Below, piece after piece: positions 34,384 to 44,457 of a stretch of DNA of 64,000 bases (its first letter is position 1; each line of letters begins with the position of its first letter). The translations under genes were made by a program, and so were the position numbers. Origin of the DNA: Acidobacteriota bacterium (lineage in GTDB: Bacteria > Acidobacteriota > UBA890 > WLXD01); the NCBI GenBank assembly GCA_963666055.2, contig CAXWPH010000015.1, positions 1,952,001 through 2,016,000 on the forward strand, read 5' to 3'. Below the pieces are notes generated by a model. The model saw only the letters and a program-made list of their open reading frames with translations. It made no database searches and was not told where the DNA came from.

Positions 34384-35232
34384 GTGACCCGCAAAGCACG
34401 CCGCTCGGCCAGTCCACCGTCCGAGTCAACCGGGCCCACCAAGGCCGAGAAGGCCGACAAGCACGCCCTGTACGAGCGTGCCGTGCAGGAACCGGAGGCG
34501 GACATCGATTTCGCGATCGATGCGTTTCGCAGCGAGTTCGGGCGCCGTGCGCATCGCTTGCGCGAAGACTTCTGCGGCACCGCAGCCGTCTGCCGTGATT
34601 GGGTGCTGGCACACAAGAAGAATCAGGCTTGGGGTGTCGACCTGAATCGCGAGCCGTTGGTCTGGGGACAGGCGAATAACATCGACCCGCTGCTCAAGAA
34701 GCTACGGCGGCGGGTGACCCTGATCGAAGGCGACGTGCGAACCGTGCGCACGCCGCCGGTCGATGTCGTCATAGCCTCCAACTTCTCGTACTTCTTGTTT
34801 ACCGAACGCGCTGCCCTATTGCGCTATCTGCGGGCCGCGCGTCGCAACCTCGATCACCAAGGACTGCTGATCCTGGATGCCTACGGCGGTCCGGAATCGG
34901 TGCGACGCGTCGAGGATGAGACCGAGCATGACGACTTCAGCTACATCTGGGATCAGGACGACTTCGATCCCATAAACCGAATGGCGACCTGCTACATACA
35001 CTTCACGTTTGGCGACGGCAGTGCCCTGCGGCGCGCCTTCACCTACCGCTGGCGCATGTACACCATCCCGGAGATCCGGGAGGCGCTGGCCGACGCCGGC
35101 TTCGCGTCATCGACGGTGTACTGGGAAGGCACCGATGGGAAGACCGGTGAGGGCGACGGTGTCTACACGCCCCAGGAAAGCGCCGAGCCTGATGAGGCCT
35201 GGGTCTGCTACATCGTCGCGGCGAAACGCTGA
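34384..35232 (+). CDS. Class I SAM-dependent methyltransferase
   Basis: LYERAVQ.P..D, LREDFCGTA, GVDL, GDV, NFSY. Confidence 0.85.
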   Translation: MTRKARRSASPPSESTGPTKAEKADKHALYERAVQEPEADIDFAIDAFRSEFGRRAHRLREDFCGTAAVCRDWVLAHKKNQAWGVDLNREPLVWGQANNIDPLLKKLRRRVTLIEGDVRTVRTPPVDVVIASNFSYFLFTERAALLRYLRAARRNLDHQGLLILDAYGGPESVRRVEDETEHDDFSYIWDQDDFDPINRMATCYIHFTFGDGSALRRAFTYRWRMYTIPEIREALADAGFASSTVYWEGTDGKTGEGDGVYTPQESAEPDEAWVCYIVAAKR

Positions 35233-35255
35233 GACGATCGCAGTTCGTGCTTTTC

Positions 35256-35284
35256 AAAGTGATATCAGTTTGATACACTGATCT
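35256..35284. promoter_or_regulatory. Candidate RHH/Arc operator upstream of the SPFH gene
   Basis: AAAG-TGATATCA-GTTT near-palindrome with a second TGATA 11 bp downstream. Confidence 0.55.
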
Positions 35285-35379
35285 CGATTGAGGTCTGAGA
35301 CACCAAGGTCTGGCGCCAAGGCAGCCGCCCCGCAGGCGAGGGCCCCACCAGCGACCTCCAAGAGAATCAGGAGCGACGG

Positions 35380-36270
35380 ATGATGCGCGAGATCGACCAC
35401 AAGTCAATGAGTGGCTTGGTAATGCTGTTCGTATTGCTGGCGGCGCTCGTAGGAGTGGGCTGGATGATCGTGGCGACGCTCCGCGACCTTGCACAGCTCG
35501 GCGCGAGCCCCGGCCGCCTCGGGTGGCTCGTCGGGCTGGTCGTCGCCTTGGTCGCCGATCTGGTGATGCTGGCAGGCGTGTTTACCGTTGCCCCGCACGA
35601 AGGCAAAGTGCTGCAGCTCTTCGGTCGCTATGTGGGGACGGCCAAGGAGCCCGGACTGCGGTGGGCCAATCCGTTCTTGACCAAGAAGAGGGTATCGCTG
35701 CGGGTGCGCAATTTTGAGACCGGCAAGCTCAAGGTCAACGACAAGCGAGGCAACCCGATCGAACTTGCTTCGGTTGTGGTCTGGAAGGTGGTCGACACCG
35801 CTGAGGCCGTGTTCCTGGTCGACGACTTCAAGCACTACGTGCATGTGCAGAGCGAGGCGGCTGGACGGGCCCTGGCCACGGGCTACCCGTACGACGTGTT
35901 CGAGGAAGGTGAGGTGTCGCTGGTGTCGCACACCGCCGAGATCAGCGACAAGCTCAAGATCGAGATCCAGGACCGTCTCAACAGGGCGGGAGTCGAGGTG
36001 ATCGAAGCTCGTATCAGCCACCTGGCGTACTCGCCCGAGATCGCCAGCGCCATGCTGCAGCGCCAGCAGGCCGCGGCGGTGATCGCGGCGCGCAAGCAGA
36101 TCGTCCAGGGCGCCGTCGGCATGGTGGAGGACGCGCTGACCCAGCTTTCTGAACACGGCATCGTGGAGCTCGACAGCGAGCGCCGTGCCCAGATGGTCAG
36201 CAACCTGCTGGTGGTGCTGACGAGTGAGTCGCGCCCGCAGCCGGTGGTGAACGCGGGCAGCCTTTACTAG
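35380..36270 (+). CDS. SPFH/band-7 domain membrane protein
   Basis: Two N-terminal [41 protein letters not shown]. Confidence 0.93.
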   Translation: MMREIDHKSMSGLVMLFVLLAALVGVGWMIVATLRDLAQLGASPGRLGWLVGLVVALVADLVMLAGVFTVAPHEGKVLQLFGRYVGTAKEPGLRWANPFLTKKRVSLRVRNFETGKLKVNDKRGNPIELASVVVWKVVDTAEAVFLVDDFKHYVHVQSEAAGRALATGYPYDVFEEGEVSLVSHTAEISDKLKIEIQDRLNRAGVEVIEARISHLAYSPEIASAMLQRQQAAAVIAARKQIVQGAVGMVEDALTQLSEHGIVELDSERRAQMVSNLLVVLTSESRPQPVVNAGSLY

Positions 36271-36545
36271 CAGGCCGTGGTGAAAGTGTGGTGGGTCTGG
36301 CGACAGGGACTTGCGAAGTGGAGGCAAGGAGAGAGGAGGAGGCGATGGTTAGCCCATCGTTGACGAGGAACGACGCAGGATACGCCCGCAACCCCCTGTC
36401 GCCCGAAGGGTTACGGCGATTTGGGGCCATCTGCAGCGTTGGCCTTCCTCGACGATGGCCGGGGCATCGCCAGTGTCAGGCTGCCTTGCATCTGGCCCCA
36501 ACTCGCCGTAACCAGACCCACCACACTTTCACCACGGCCTGCTAG
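36267..36545. mobile_element. 279-bp non-coding MITE/REPIN-like element
   Basis: Perfect 34-bp terminal inverted repeat CTAGCAGGCCGTGGTGAAAGTGTGGTGGGTCTGG (36267-36300 / 36512-36545), CTAG at both ends, two internal hairpin arms. Confidence 0.85.
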
Positions 36546-36628
36546 ACGCGGCAAAGGCGCTGCGTATGTGATTCGGCAGCAGATAGCGGGGCGCCGTAGG
36601 GCATTCCGCCGAGGCGAGCAAAGGGCAG

Positions 36629-36823
36629 GTGGCAGAGCGCAAAGCGGTCCTGATCCGGCTCGATCCGAGGGTCCACGCGTCGCTGCGTCGGTGGGCCGAC
36701 GACGAGCTTCGATCATTCAACGCGCAGGTAGAATACGTGCTGCGGCGCGCCTTGCGCGACGCCACGCGGATGCGCCCTGACGGATCAGACGACAGCGCCA
36801 CGAACGAGCCGCCGGAGCCGTGA
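36629..36823 (+). CDS. Small Arc/ribbon-helix-helix DNA-binding protein
   Basis: KAVLIRLDPRVHASLRRWADDELRSFNAQVEYVLRRAL; typical partner of this SPFH subfamily. Confidence 0.82.
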   Translation: MAERKAVLIRLDPRVHASLRRWADDELRSFNAQVEYVLRRALRDATRMRPDGSDDSATNEPPEP

Positions 36824-36949
36824 CCCCGCCGGGCTCGGGGTCCCTATCACCCGGGAGGATCGACTGCGATACTTTGAAGGGATCCCCGCTCCCTGGCCCC
36901 CTGTAGTCGCGCGACCGCCAGCCGGCGCCGCCGCCTTCCGCGCACGACC

Positions 36950-38357
36950 ATGACCGAACAGCAGCGTTTCACCTGCGACTGGCTGTGGAACCAGCTCGTC
37001 GTGCTCTCCGATGGCAAGGTCGTCTGCGGCTGCGCCGATCCACACGGCGAGCGGCCGCTTGGCGATCTCAACACGCAAACGCTGCACGATATCTGGAACG
37101 CGCCGCACGTCAAGAAGATCCGCCGCCAGCTGAACCAGGGCTACGCGCCGTTCTGCAGGCCATGTGGCCTCAAGACCATGGTCGACGAGGACTACGAGAT
37201 TCCTCAGCGACCGGAGCACGTCGAGACGCTGCCGCGGATCTTCCTGGAGCCCGCCGTCGGCTGCAACATCTCGTGCTTGGAGGCGGTATGCAATCAGACC
37301 TCGAAGATTGTTCAGACACGCTCACAACGCCTGATGGGCTGGGATGATTTCAAGCGTATTGTCGATTCGGTCGGCGACGAGCTCCTGCGCCTCGACTTCT
37401 TCAACTACGGCGAGTCGTTCGTGCACCCCAAGTCGATCGACATGATGGAGTACATCAAGGCGACCTACCCGAACGTATTCCTCTACATCAGCACCAACGG
37501 CTTGCTGCTCACCCGACGACAAGATGGAGCGCCTGGTGAAGGCCGGGGTCGACGAGATCACTTTCTCAGTCGACGGACCCGACCACGACACGTACGTGAA
37601 GTATCGCGTCAAGGGTGACTTCGACAAGGTGTTCGGCATCATGCGCCGGTTCGTCGAGATACGGGACTCGCAGGGGTCGCAGCTGCCGTTCCTCAACTGG
37701 CGCTACATCATCTTCAATTGGAACGACTCCGACGAGAAGATGCGCCGCACGCGCGAGCTAGCCGCCGAAATCGGCATCGACAAGCTCGTCTGGGAGATCA
37801 CCAACCATCCCCCGGTGGCGGTGAGCAAGAAGTATCAGCCGGGAACGCCGGCGTGGCGCGAGATCTACCACGAGATCTGGGATACGAGCCAAACTTGCAA
37901 CGCCATCGACGGGAAGCGCCTGCTGGCCGCCATCTCCGTCGAGAGCGAAGGCGCCTGGGAGGGCCGTGTCACGGACCCCACCATGTTGACGCTACACGTG
38001 GAGAACATCGGAGGCGCGCTGTGGCGGTGTGCGGCACACGGGTGGCGGCGAACCGTTCGCCTCGGTGCCCAGCTGCACGATGGCAACCGCAACATGATCG
38101 ATCGCGACTACGCGCGCGCCTTCTTACCGCACGATCTGGCCGGCAACGAGGCGGTGGACATCGAAATCGAGCTGCCAGCGCTCGAAACTCCCGGTGACTA
38201 CACGCTGAAGTTCGACATGGCGTGTGAGGGCATCGACTGGTTCGAGTCCGGTGGCTCGCCGGTGGCCTGGGGCGACTTCACCGTCGCTTCGGCTGCCGAT
38301 CCGACCTCTCGGCTGCTGACCGGCGCGCCAACCCTTGGCCGACGACCGACCGGGTGA
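36950..38357 (+). CDS. Radical SAM protein with N-terminal SPASM-like domain and C-terminal Ig-like domain (one frameshift near 37512)
   Basis: C..LW...VVLSDGKVVCGC.D....LGDL...L.DIWN...R....C..C; CNISCLEAVC; YGESF, STNG, SVDG; extra C in ACCC joins ORFs 36950 and 37524. Confidence 0.85.
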
Positions 38358-38385
38358 TGACGCCTGGGTACACACGATCCGACCC

Positions 38386-39965
38386 TCAACGCAGGCGGTA
38401 CCGCTGGATCTTGCCGGTGGCGGTCTTGGGCAGTTCCTCGACGAACTCGATCCAGCGCGGGTATTTGTAGGGTGCGAGGGTGTCTTTGACGAACTCTTTG
38501 AGTTCCTCCGCCAGGCTGTCGCGGGCGGTGACGCCGTCGCGTAGCACCACGAACGCCTTGGGCTTCACCAGGCGGGTGTCGTCCTCGGCACCTACCACCG
38601 CCGCCTCGAGAACGACATCGTGCGTGAGGAGAGCAGCCTCGACCTCGAACGGCGAGACCCAGATTCCCCCCACCTTCAGCATGTCGTCGCTGCGTCCCTG
38701 GTACCAGTAGTACTCATCGGCGTCGACGAGGTACTTGTCGCCGGTGCGGATCCAGGCGCCTTCGATAGTGGCCTTGGTCTGCTCGTGGCGGTTCCAGTAG
38801 AAAGCGCAAGTAGAGTCGCCCTTGATGAGCAGGTTGCCGACCTCGCCCGGGGCTACCCGCGCGCCGTTGTCGTCGACGATACGTGCCTCGTAGCCGGGAA
38901 CGACCTGGCCGCTGGAGCCCGGTCTCACCGCGCCGGGTCGATTGGCAATGAACATATGCAGGACCTCGGTCGACCCGATGCTGTCGAGGATCTCGTGCCC
39001 GTAGCGCTGCTGCCAGCGCTCGTACAACGCCGCCGGCAGTGCTTCGCCGGCTGAAACGCAAGCCCGCAGGCTCGACAGTGCCTGGCGCGCCGGCGCGTCC
39101 GGGTACGCCAGCAAGCCGGCGTAGCCGGTGGGAACCGAGTAAAAGACGCTGGGGCGGTACTGCTGCAGCACGTCGAAGACCGCGGCCGGCCCGGGGGCCC
39201 AGGGTCGAGAACGGTCGAGGCGCCAACGCGGAACGGAAAATAGAGCGCGTTGCCCAGACCGTAGGCGAAGAACAGCTTCGCCACCGAGAAGGTGATGTCG
39301 GACTCCGACATTGACAGCACTTGCCGAGCGTAGGTGTTGGCGCAGACCAGCATGTCGTGCTGTAGGTGAACTGTTCCCTTCGGGAAACCCGTTGTGCCTG
39401 AGGAGTAGAGCCACAGGCACGGGTCATCCTTGCTCATCTCCTCGGCATCGAGCTCTGACGCGGCCGCGACACACAGTTCCGCCAGCGAATGCACCGTGAT
39501 CGACGCTCCCGCGGCCGGCAATTCCGGCGCCTCGCCATTTGGCCCGGGCGCAACGACCAGGTGCCGCAGGTAGTGCAGCCGGTCACGGATCGGCTCGATG
39601 GCGCTGAGCAACGGTGCCGTTACGATCAGCACCCGGGCGCGGGAATCGTTCAGCAGGTATTCGTAGTCGGCGGGGGTCAGCAGCGTGTTGGTGGGAACCG
39701 GCACGGCGCCGATCTTGATAGCTCCGAAGAACGAGTACACGAAGTCCGGGCTGTCGAGCAACAGCAACATCACGCGCTGCTCTAGATCGAGTCCGAGGCC
39801 TCGGAGCGCGTTGCCGACCCGATTCACGCCCGTCAGCACCTCCGCATAGGTGTGAGTGCTGCCATCGGGGACGTAGTGGATCGCCACCTTGCCGCCGCGC
39901 CCGGCCTCGACGTTGGCGTCGACGAAGTCAGACGCCGCGTTCATGCGGTCAGGAATCTCTATCAT
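38386..39965 (-). CDS. Benzoate-CoA ligase family protein (one frameshift near 39195)
   Basis: YSSGTTGFPKG, AKLFFAYGLGN, SAGEALP, IGSTE.LH.FI, GRSDDMLKVGG.WVSP.EVE, LPKTATGKIQR. Confidence 0.9.
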
Positions 39966-39998
39966 GGGTTCCCTGCATTGCGAATCACACATTTCGAG

Positions 39999-40014
39999 TG
40001 TGAAGCTTTCGTGA
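39999..40014 (+). promoter_or_regulatory. Two-repeat (T/C)GTGA site upstream of the response regulator
   Basis: TGTGA at 39999 and CGTGA at 40010, 11-bp period, same motif as at 42300. Confidence 0.45.
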
Positions 40015-40069
40015 CAAGTCCAATCTAACCTGCAATAGGGGCAGCTCACTGTCCTGCGGGGAACGAAAC

Positions 40070-40782
40070 ATGCAACACATCTTGGTGGTAGAGGACGAGC
40101 CGGATATCGCCCGGCTGATTGCTCTTCACTTGTCCGACGCCGGCTTCGACGTCGATATCGAGCACACGGCTCGTGGCGGCCTCGAGAGAGCGCGTGGAAA
40201 CAGCCACGATCTCGTGATCCTCGACCTCATGCTGCCGGATGGCGATGGCCTGGATATTTGCCGAGCGCTGCGGGCCAGCGCGGACTACACGCCGATCCTC
40301 ATCCTCACGGCCAGGTCCACGGAGCTCGACCGCGTTGTCGGCCTCGAAGTGGGCGCCGACGACTACCTGGTAAAGCCCTTCGCGGTGCGCGAGTTGGTGG
40401 CACGTGTGAAAGCGATCTTGCGTCGCGTTGAGCTCTCGACCGGAGTTGCGCAGCGGAGTATCTCGAGGCTTGGAAATCGAAGGCCTGATTATCGAGCCCG
40501 AGAAGCGCGGCGTCACCGTCAACGCGAAGCCCGTGGAGCTGACCGTGACGGAGTTCGATTTGCTCGTGCAGCTGGCGTCGAACCCCGGGCGTGTATACAC
40601 GCGGGCGCAGCTCCTGGATCTGGTGTGGGGAGTCGCCAGCGATTCGTACGAGCACACCGTCAATGCTCATGTCAATCGTCTGCGTGCCAAGATTGAACCC
40701 GATCCGGGCGCACCCGTTCTACGTTCGCACCGTGTGGGGTGTGGGCTACAGGTTCGTCGATCCCAGCGCCCAGGAATTCTGA
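40070..40782 (+). CDS. OmpR/PhoB-family response regulator (frameshifts near 40450 and 40707)
   Basis: VVEDE, LDLMLP, GADDYLVKPF; winged helix LTVTEFDLL...HVNRLRAKIE...VRTVWGVGYRF spread over three frames. Confidence 0.88.
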
Positions 40783-42236
40783 TGCACAATCTCCATACGA
40801 AGCTGTCTTTGGCCCTGTTGGCGGTGCTGGCAGCGGCTTCCGTCGGGATGGTGGTGCTGCTGGCGCGCACCAGTCAGATGTACCAACAGGAGGTGCAACA
40901 ACAGCTCAACGATGGCCTGGCGGACCCACATTGTCGAGCAATACGAGCTCATACGGGCCGACACTGTTGCCGAGGACGCGCTCGCCGATCTGTTCGGCTT
41001 GTTGATGGTGATCAACCCCAGCATCGAGGTGTACTTGCTCGACCCCGAGGGCCGCATCCTCGCCGATGCGGCGCCCGAGGGCCGCATACGCCGCGAGCGC
41101 ATCTCGCTCGTGCCGGTGCAGCAATTGCTGCAGGGGAGCACGCGATTCCCCATCTTCGGCGATGATCCCCGCGACCCCCTTGGCAGCAAAGTGTTCTCGG
41201 CCGCACGTATCCTGAGCGAAGGTCGGCTGCAGGGGTATCTTTACGTCGTGCTCGGCGGCGAGGCGTACGATAGCGCCGCCGCGATGCTCGCCAGCAGCTA
41301 CATCGTTCGCCTGAGCGCCTGGCTTGGTGCGGGCATTCTCGTCCTGACGTTGCTTGCCGCCGGATTCCTCTTCCGTCGCTGACGCGGCCGTTGATCGCTC
41401 TAGACGCCGAAATGGCTCAGTTCGAGCTCGCAGAGTTGAGCGCTCCGCATCCGGCCGGGGTCGCCGTCGGCGACGAAGTACAGCGTCTACAAGCGTCGTT
41501 CACGCGTCTGGCGCAGCGGCTGCGACAGCAACTAGCCGAGCTGGAGCGCACCGATCGGCTGCGGCGCGAGCTGGTGGCGAGCGTGTCACATGACTTGCGG
41601 ACACCGCTTACCCACCTGCAGGGATATCTCGAAACGCTGCAGCTAAAAGACGACTCGTTGCAACCGGCCGAGCGCGCCGGGTATCTGCGCATCGCGGTAG
41701 ACTACTGTGACCGCTTGGCCCGCCTGATCGATGATCTGTTCGAGCTCGCCAAGCTCGAGGCGTTGCGGGCGCCGATCAAGACCGAGCGTTTCTCGGTCGT
41801 CGAGCTAGCCCGTGACGTCGTCGACAAGTTCCAGCTCACCGCGCAGCAGCGAGGCATCCACTTGTCCGTTGCCGACGGTCCGCGCAGCTGCGACGTCGAG
41901 GCCAACCCCGGCCTCATCGAGCGCACGCTCGAGAACCTCATAGCGAACGCCTTGCAACACACCGAGAGCGGCGGCCTGATCGATGTGGTTCCTCAGCGTC
42001 GGTCTCAAGCCGTGCACATCGAGGTCCGGGGTACCGGCCGAGGGATAACCGAGGCTGATCAGAAACATGTCTTCGATCGTTTCTTCCGTACTTCGGGCGA
42101 TCGAAAGTCCGATTCCGGCACCGGGTTGGGTCTGGCGATCGCCAAGCGGGCGGTGGAGTTGCACCAGGGCAGCATCAGCGTGCGCAGCGTGCCCGGACAA
42201 GGCAGCGTCTTCGGCTTCGGAGTTGCCGCACGCTGA
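40782..42236 (+). CDS. HAMP sensor histidine kinase (frameshifts near 40923 and 41379)
   Basis: Two TM with periplasmic domain; SHDLRTPL H-box; ENLIANAL N-box; FDRF; GTGLGLAI G2. Confidence 0.88.
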
Positions 42237-42299
42237 TGTCTCAGGAGCGGAGGCGGGCGTGGCACCGCTGTAGTAACGGGCGCCACATTTATTCCCCAG

Positions 42300-42337
42300 C
42301 GTGACGGAATCGTGAAAAACTCGTGACCGGTGCGTGA
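42300..42337 (+). promoter_or_regulatory. Four CGTGA direct repeats, candidate OmpR-family binding array
   Basis: CGTGA at 42300, 42311, 42322 and 42333, exact 11-bp period. Confidence 0.7.
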
Positions 42338-42417
42338 GAAACGCCGTGCAGGGTGGGCGCACAAAGTCAGGCGAGCTGCCTGTCGCCGTCACCCCGTTGT
42401 CGCATGGAGGATTACCA

Positions 42418-43063
42418 ATGCGCCGTTTTGCCTTCGTCGTCACGAGCAGCGCCGTAGCGCTGCTGCTTTCTACCGCGGCTTTCGCTCAAACCTACGAGAT
42501 CCGCATCACCAACCTGACCCGCGGCCAGATCATGAGCCCCCCGGTGATTGCCGCGCACTCCAAGGCGACCCGCATGTTCCTGCCTGGAAGCCGCGCTTCC
42601 GATGACATCGCGGCGGTCGCCGAAGACGCCGGACAACAGCGGCCTCGTGAGCACGCTGTCGGCCGACCCGGAGGTGGGTGGCATGACGGTCGGCAGCGGG
42701 GTGATTCTGCCGGGCAAGACCGCTACGTACACACTCGATTCCGGCGGAGCCACGCGGCTGAGCATCGTCAGCATGTTGGTGATCACCAACGACGCGTTCT
42801 TCGGCCTAGATAGCTACAACCTCGGGTCGGTCGTCTCCCGCACCGTGGTCTGGGTGCCCGCCTACGATTCCGGCAGCGAGGACAACAACGAGGATTGCGA
42901 CTTCATCCCGGGACCGCCGTGCGGCAACGGCGGCGTCCGTGACACCAAGGGCGCCGAGAAGTTCATCCACATCCACGCCGGTGTTCTCGGCGACGACGAT
43001 CTGGCGAAGGACACCTACGACTGGAGGAATCCGGTAGTCCGAATCGTCATCATTCCAAGCTGA
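42418..43063 (+). CDS. Secreted spondin_N-domain protein (frameshift near 42631)
   Basis: Signal peptide ending AFA; YEIRITNLT.GQ..SP...AH; SMLVITNDAF.GL; YDSGSE.N.E; HIH; WRNPV. Confidence 0.8.
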
Positions 43064-43107
43064 CTCTGGTGCCCGGTTCGTAGAACATGCCCGGATGATC
43101 CGGGGTA

Positions 43108-43137
43108 GCGCCCGCGGGGACTTCGCCTCGCGGGCGC
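43108..43137. terminator. GC-rich hairpin between convergent genes
   Basis: GCGCCCGCGGGG-ACTTCG-CCTCGCGGGCGC. Confidence 0.55.
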
Positions 43138-43189
43138 AAGGTCGGCGCCACGGACTTCCGCAAGGTACTCACCTCCGAGCAAGGCTACG

Positions 43190-44249
43190 TCAGTCGAGCA
43201 CTGCGTCGGCGAGCAACTTCAACTTGCCGTTCATGCGCGCCAGGTCTGGCGCCGCGTTGTCGTGTTCTTGCTGTGTCACCACCACCATGTTGAGGCTCGG
43301 GATCACCACCACGATGCGCGCGTCCCAGTCGCCGTCGGCGATGTAGGTATCTGCAGGCACGGCCGGCCACGCCCGCCGCGGCGTGCCGCCGACAATGCCA
43401 TTGAACCACCAGGTGTAACCGAAGATTCCAGGCCCCAATGGAGTCTGGCTGCACTCGCCACCGAACGTCCCGACCCCCAAATAGTCGTTGCACGCCGTGA
43501 CCGGTGCCACTGCCATGGATCCAGGTACCTGCACGCGCACGCTGTCGCTGAAGTGCGACTCGGCAATCACCTGGTGCCCCAGCCAGCGCCCACGGTTGAG
43601 CCATAGCCAGCCGACGCGGGCGAAATCGCGGACCGAGATCAGCACGCCGCAACGCTCACGCCGCGCCGCTGAGTCCGTCCTCCAGCTTGAGCCGTCGAAA
43701 GCGCTTGCGGATGGCCTGCGCTACGGTGCGCCCGCCGAACACTTTGCGGAGCGACTCGCACAACAGCCGAATGCCATTGTCGTTGTACGACCATGCCGCG
43801 CCGGGTCGGTCGCGCATCGCATAGCCGCTGATGTTGTTTGCCAGATGATGGAAGGTGATGCGGCGATCTACGGTTGTGAGCTGCGGCCAATCAGGGGCGA
43901 TCGACTGATGTACGCTGCTCAGCCTGCCCTCGTCGAGCGCCAAGAACAGCAATGTCCCCAGAAGCGACTTCAGCGCCGAAGCCCAATCAAGGCGCTCGGT
44001 CACGACGCCCCAGCTGCGAACGATGTATCCGTCGCGCACGATCACGCCACTGCCCCCGACCTTCGCAACGAACGCGTCGCGTTTCCTGCCGTCTAGATCC
44101 AGGGCCGACGCTGTGCGGCTTTTCCAATGCGCGCGTGGAAAAACCGTCGCTCGATCGAAGGAGCCGCGCCGGATTCCGGCCGAGACGTCGGCGGAGGCGA
44201 GAAGGCAACACAGGCCGAGGGTCATCGAGGCGACGAGTCCAGACCGCAT
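43190..44249 (-). CDS. Exported serine hydrolase, beta-lactamase class C-like (frameshift near 43665)
   Basis: Signal peptide; WASALKS (SxxK); PGAAWSYND; SVRDFARVGWLWLNRG.W; FGYTWW; VIPSLNMVV. Confidence 0.8.
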
Positions 44250-44457
44250 GGTGTGCGTTCCCTTTCATCACGAATGCCGACGCCGGGCAACAAGGGTAGC
44301 CGCGTCCGGCGAGCTAGCTATAGCAGATATGCGTCGAGCTGAGAAGTAGGGCATCAGGGGCGCGGCCAGGGCGCCGTTGAGCGTTCGCGCGTGGCCGGAT
44401 AAGGTCCGCGCCGTAGCGTCGCCCCCGAGCGGGGCGTGGCGAGTGAGCGAGAGAGCG

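Noticed and set aside
36288-36545. 85-aa ORF inside the MITE-like element
   Set aside because: No transposase motifs; it simply reads through the hairpin arms.
37500-43680. Programmed frameshifting or phase variation behind the split genes
   Set aside because: Runs are short, directions are mixed, and there is no shared slippery motif; sequencing error is simpler.
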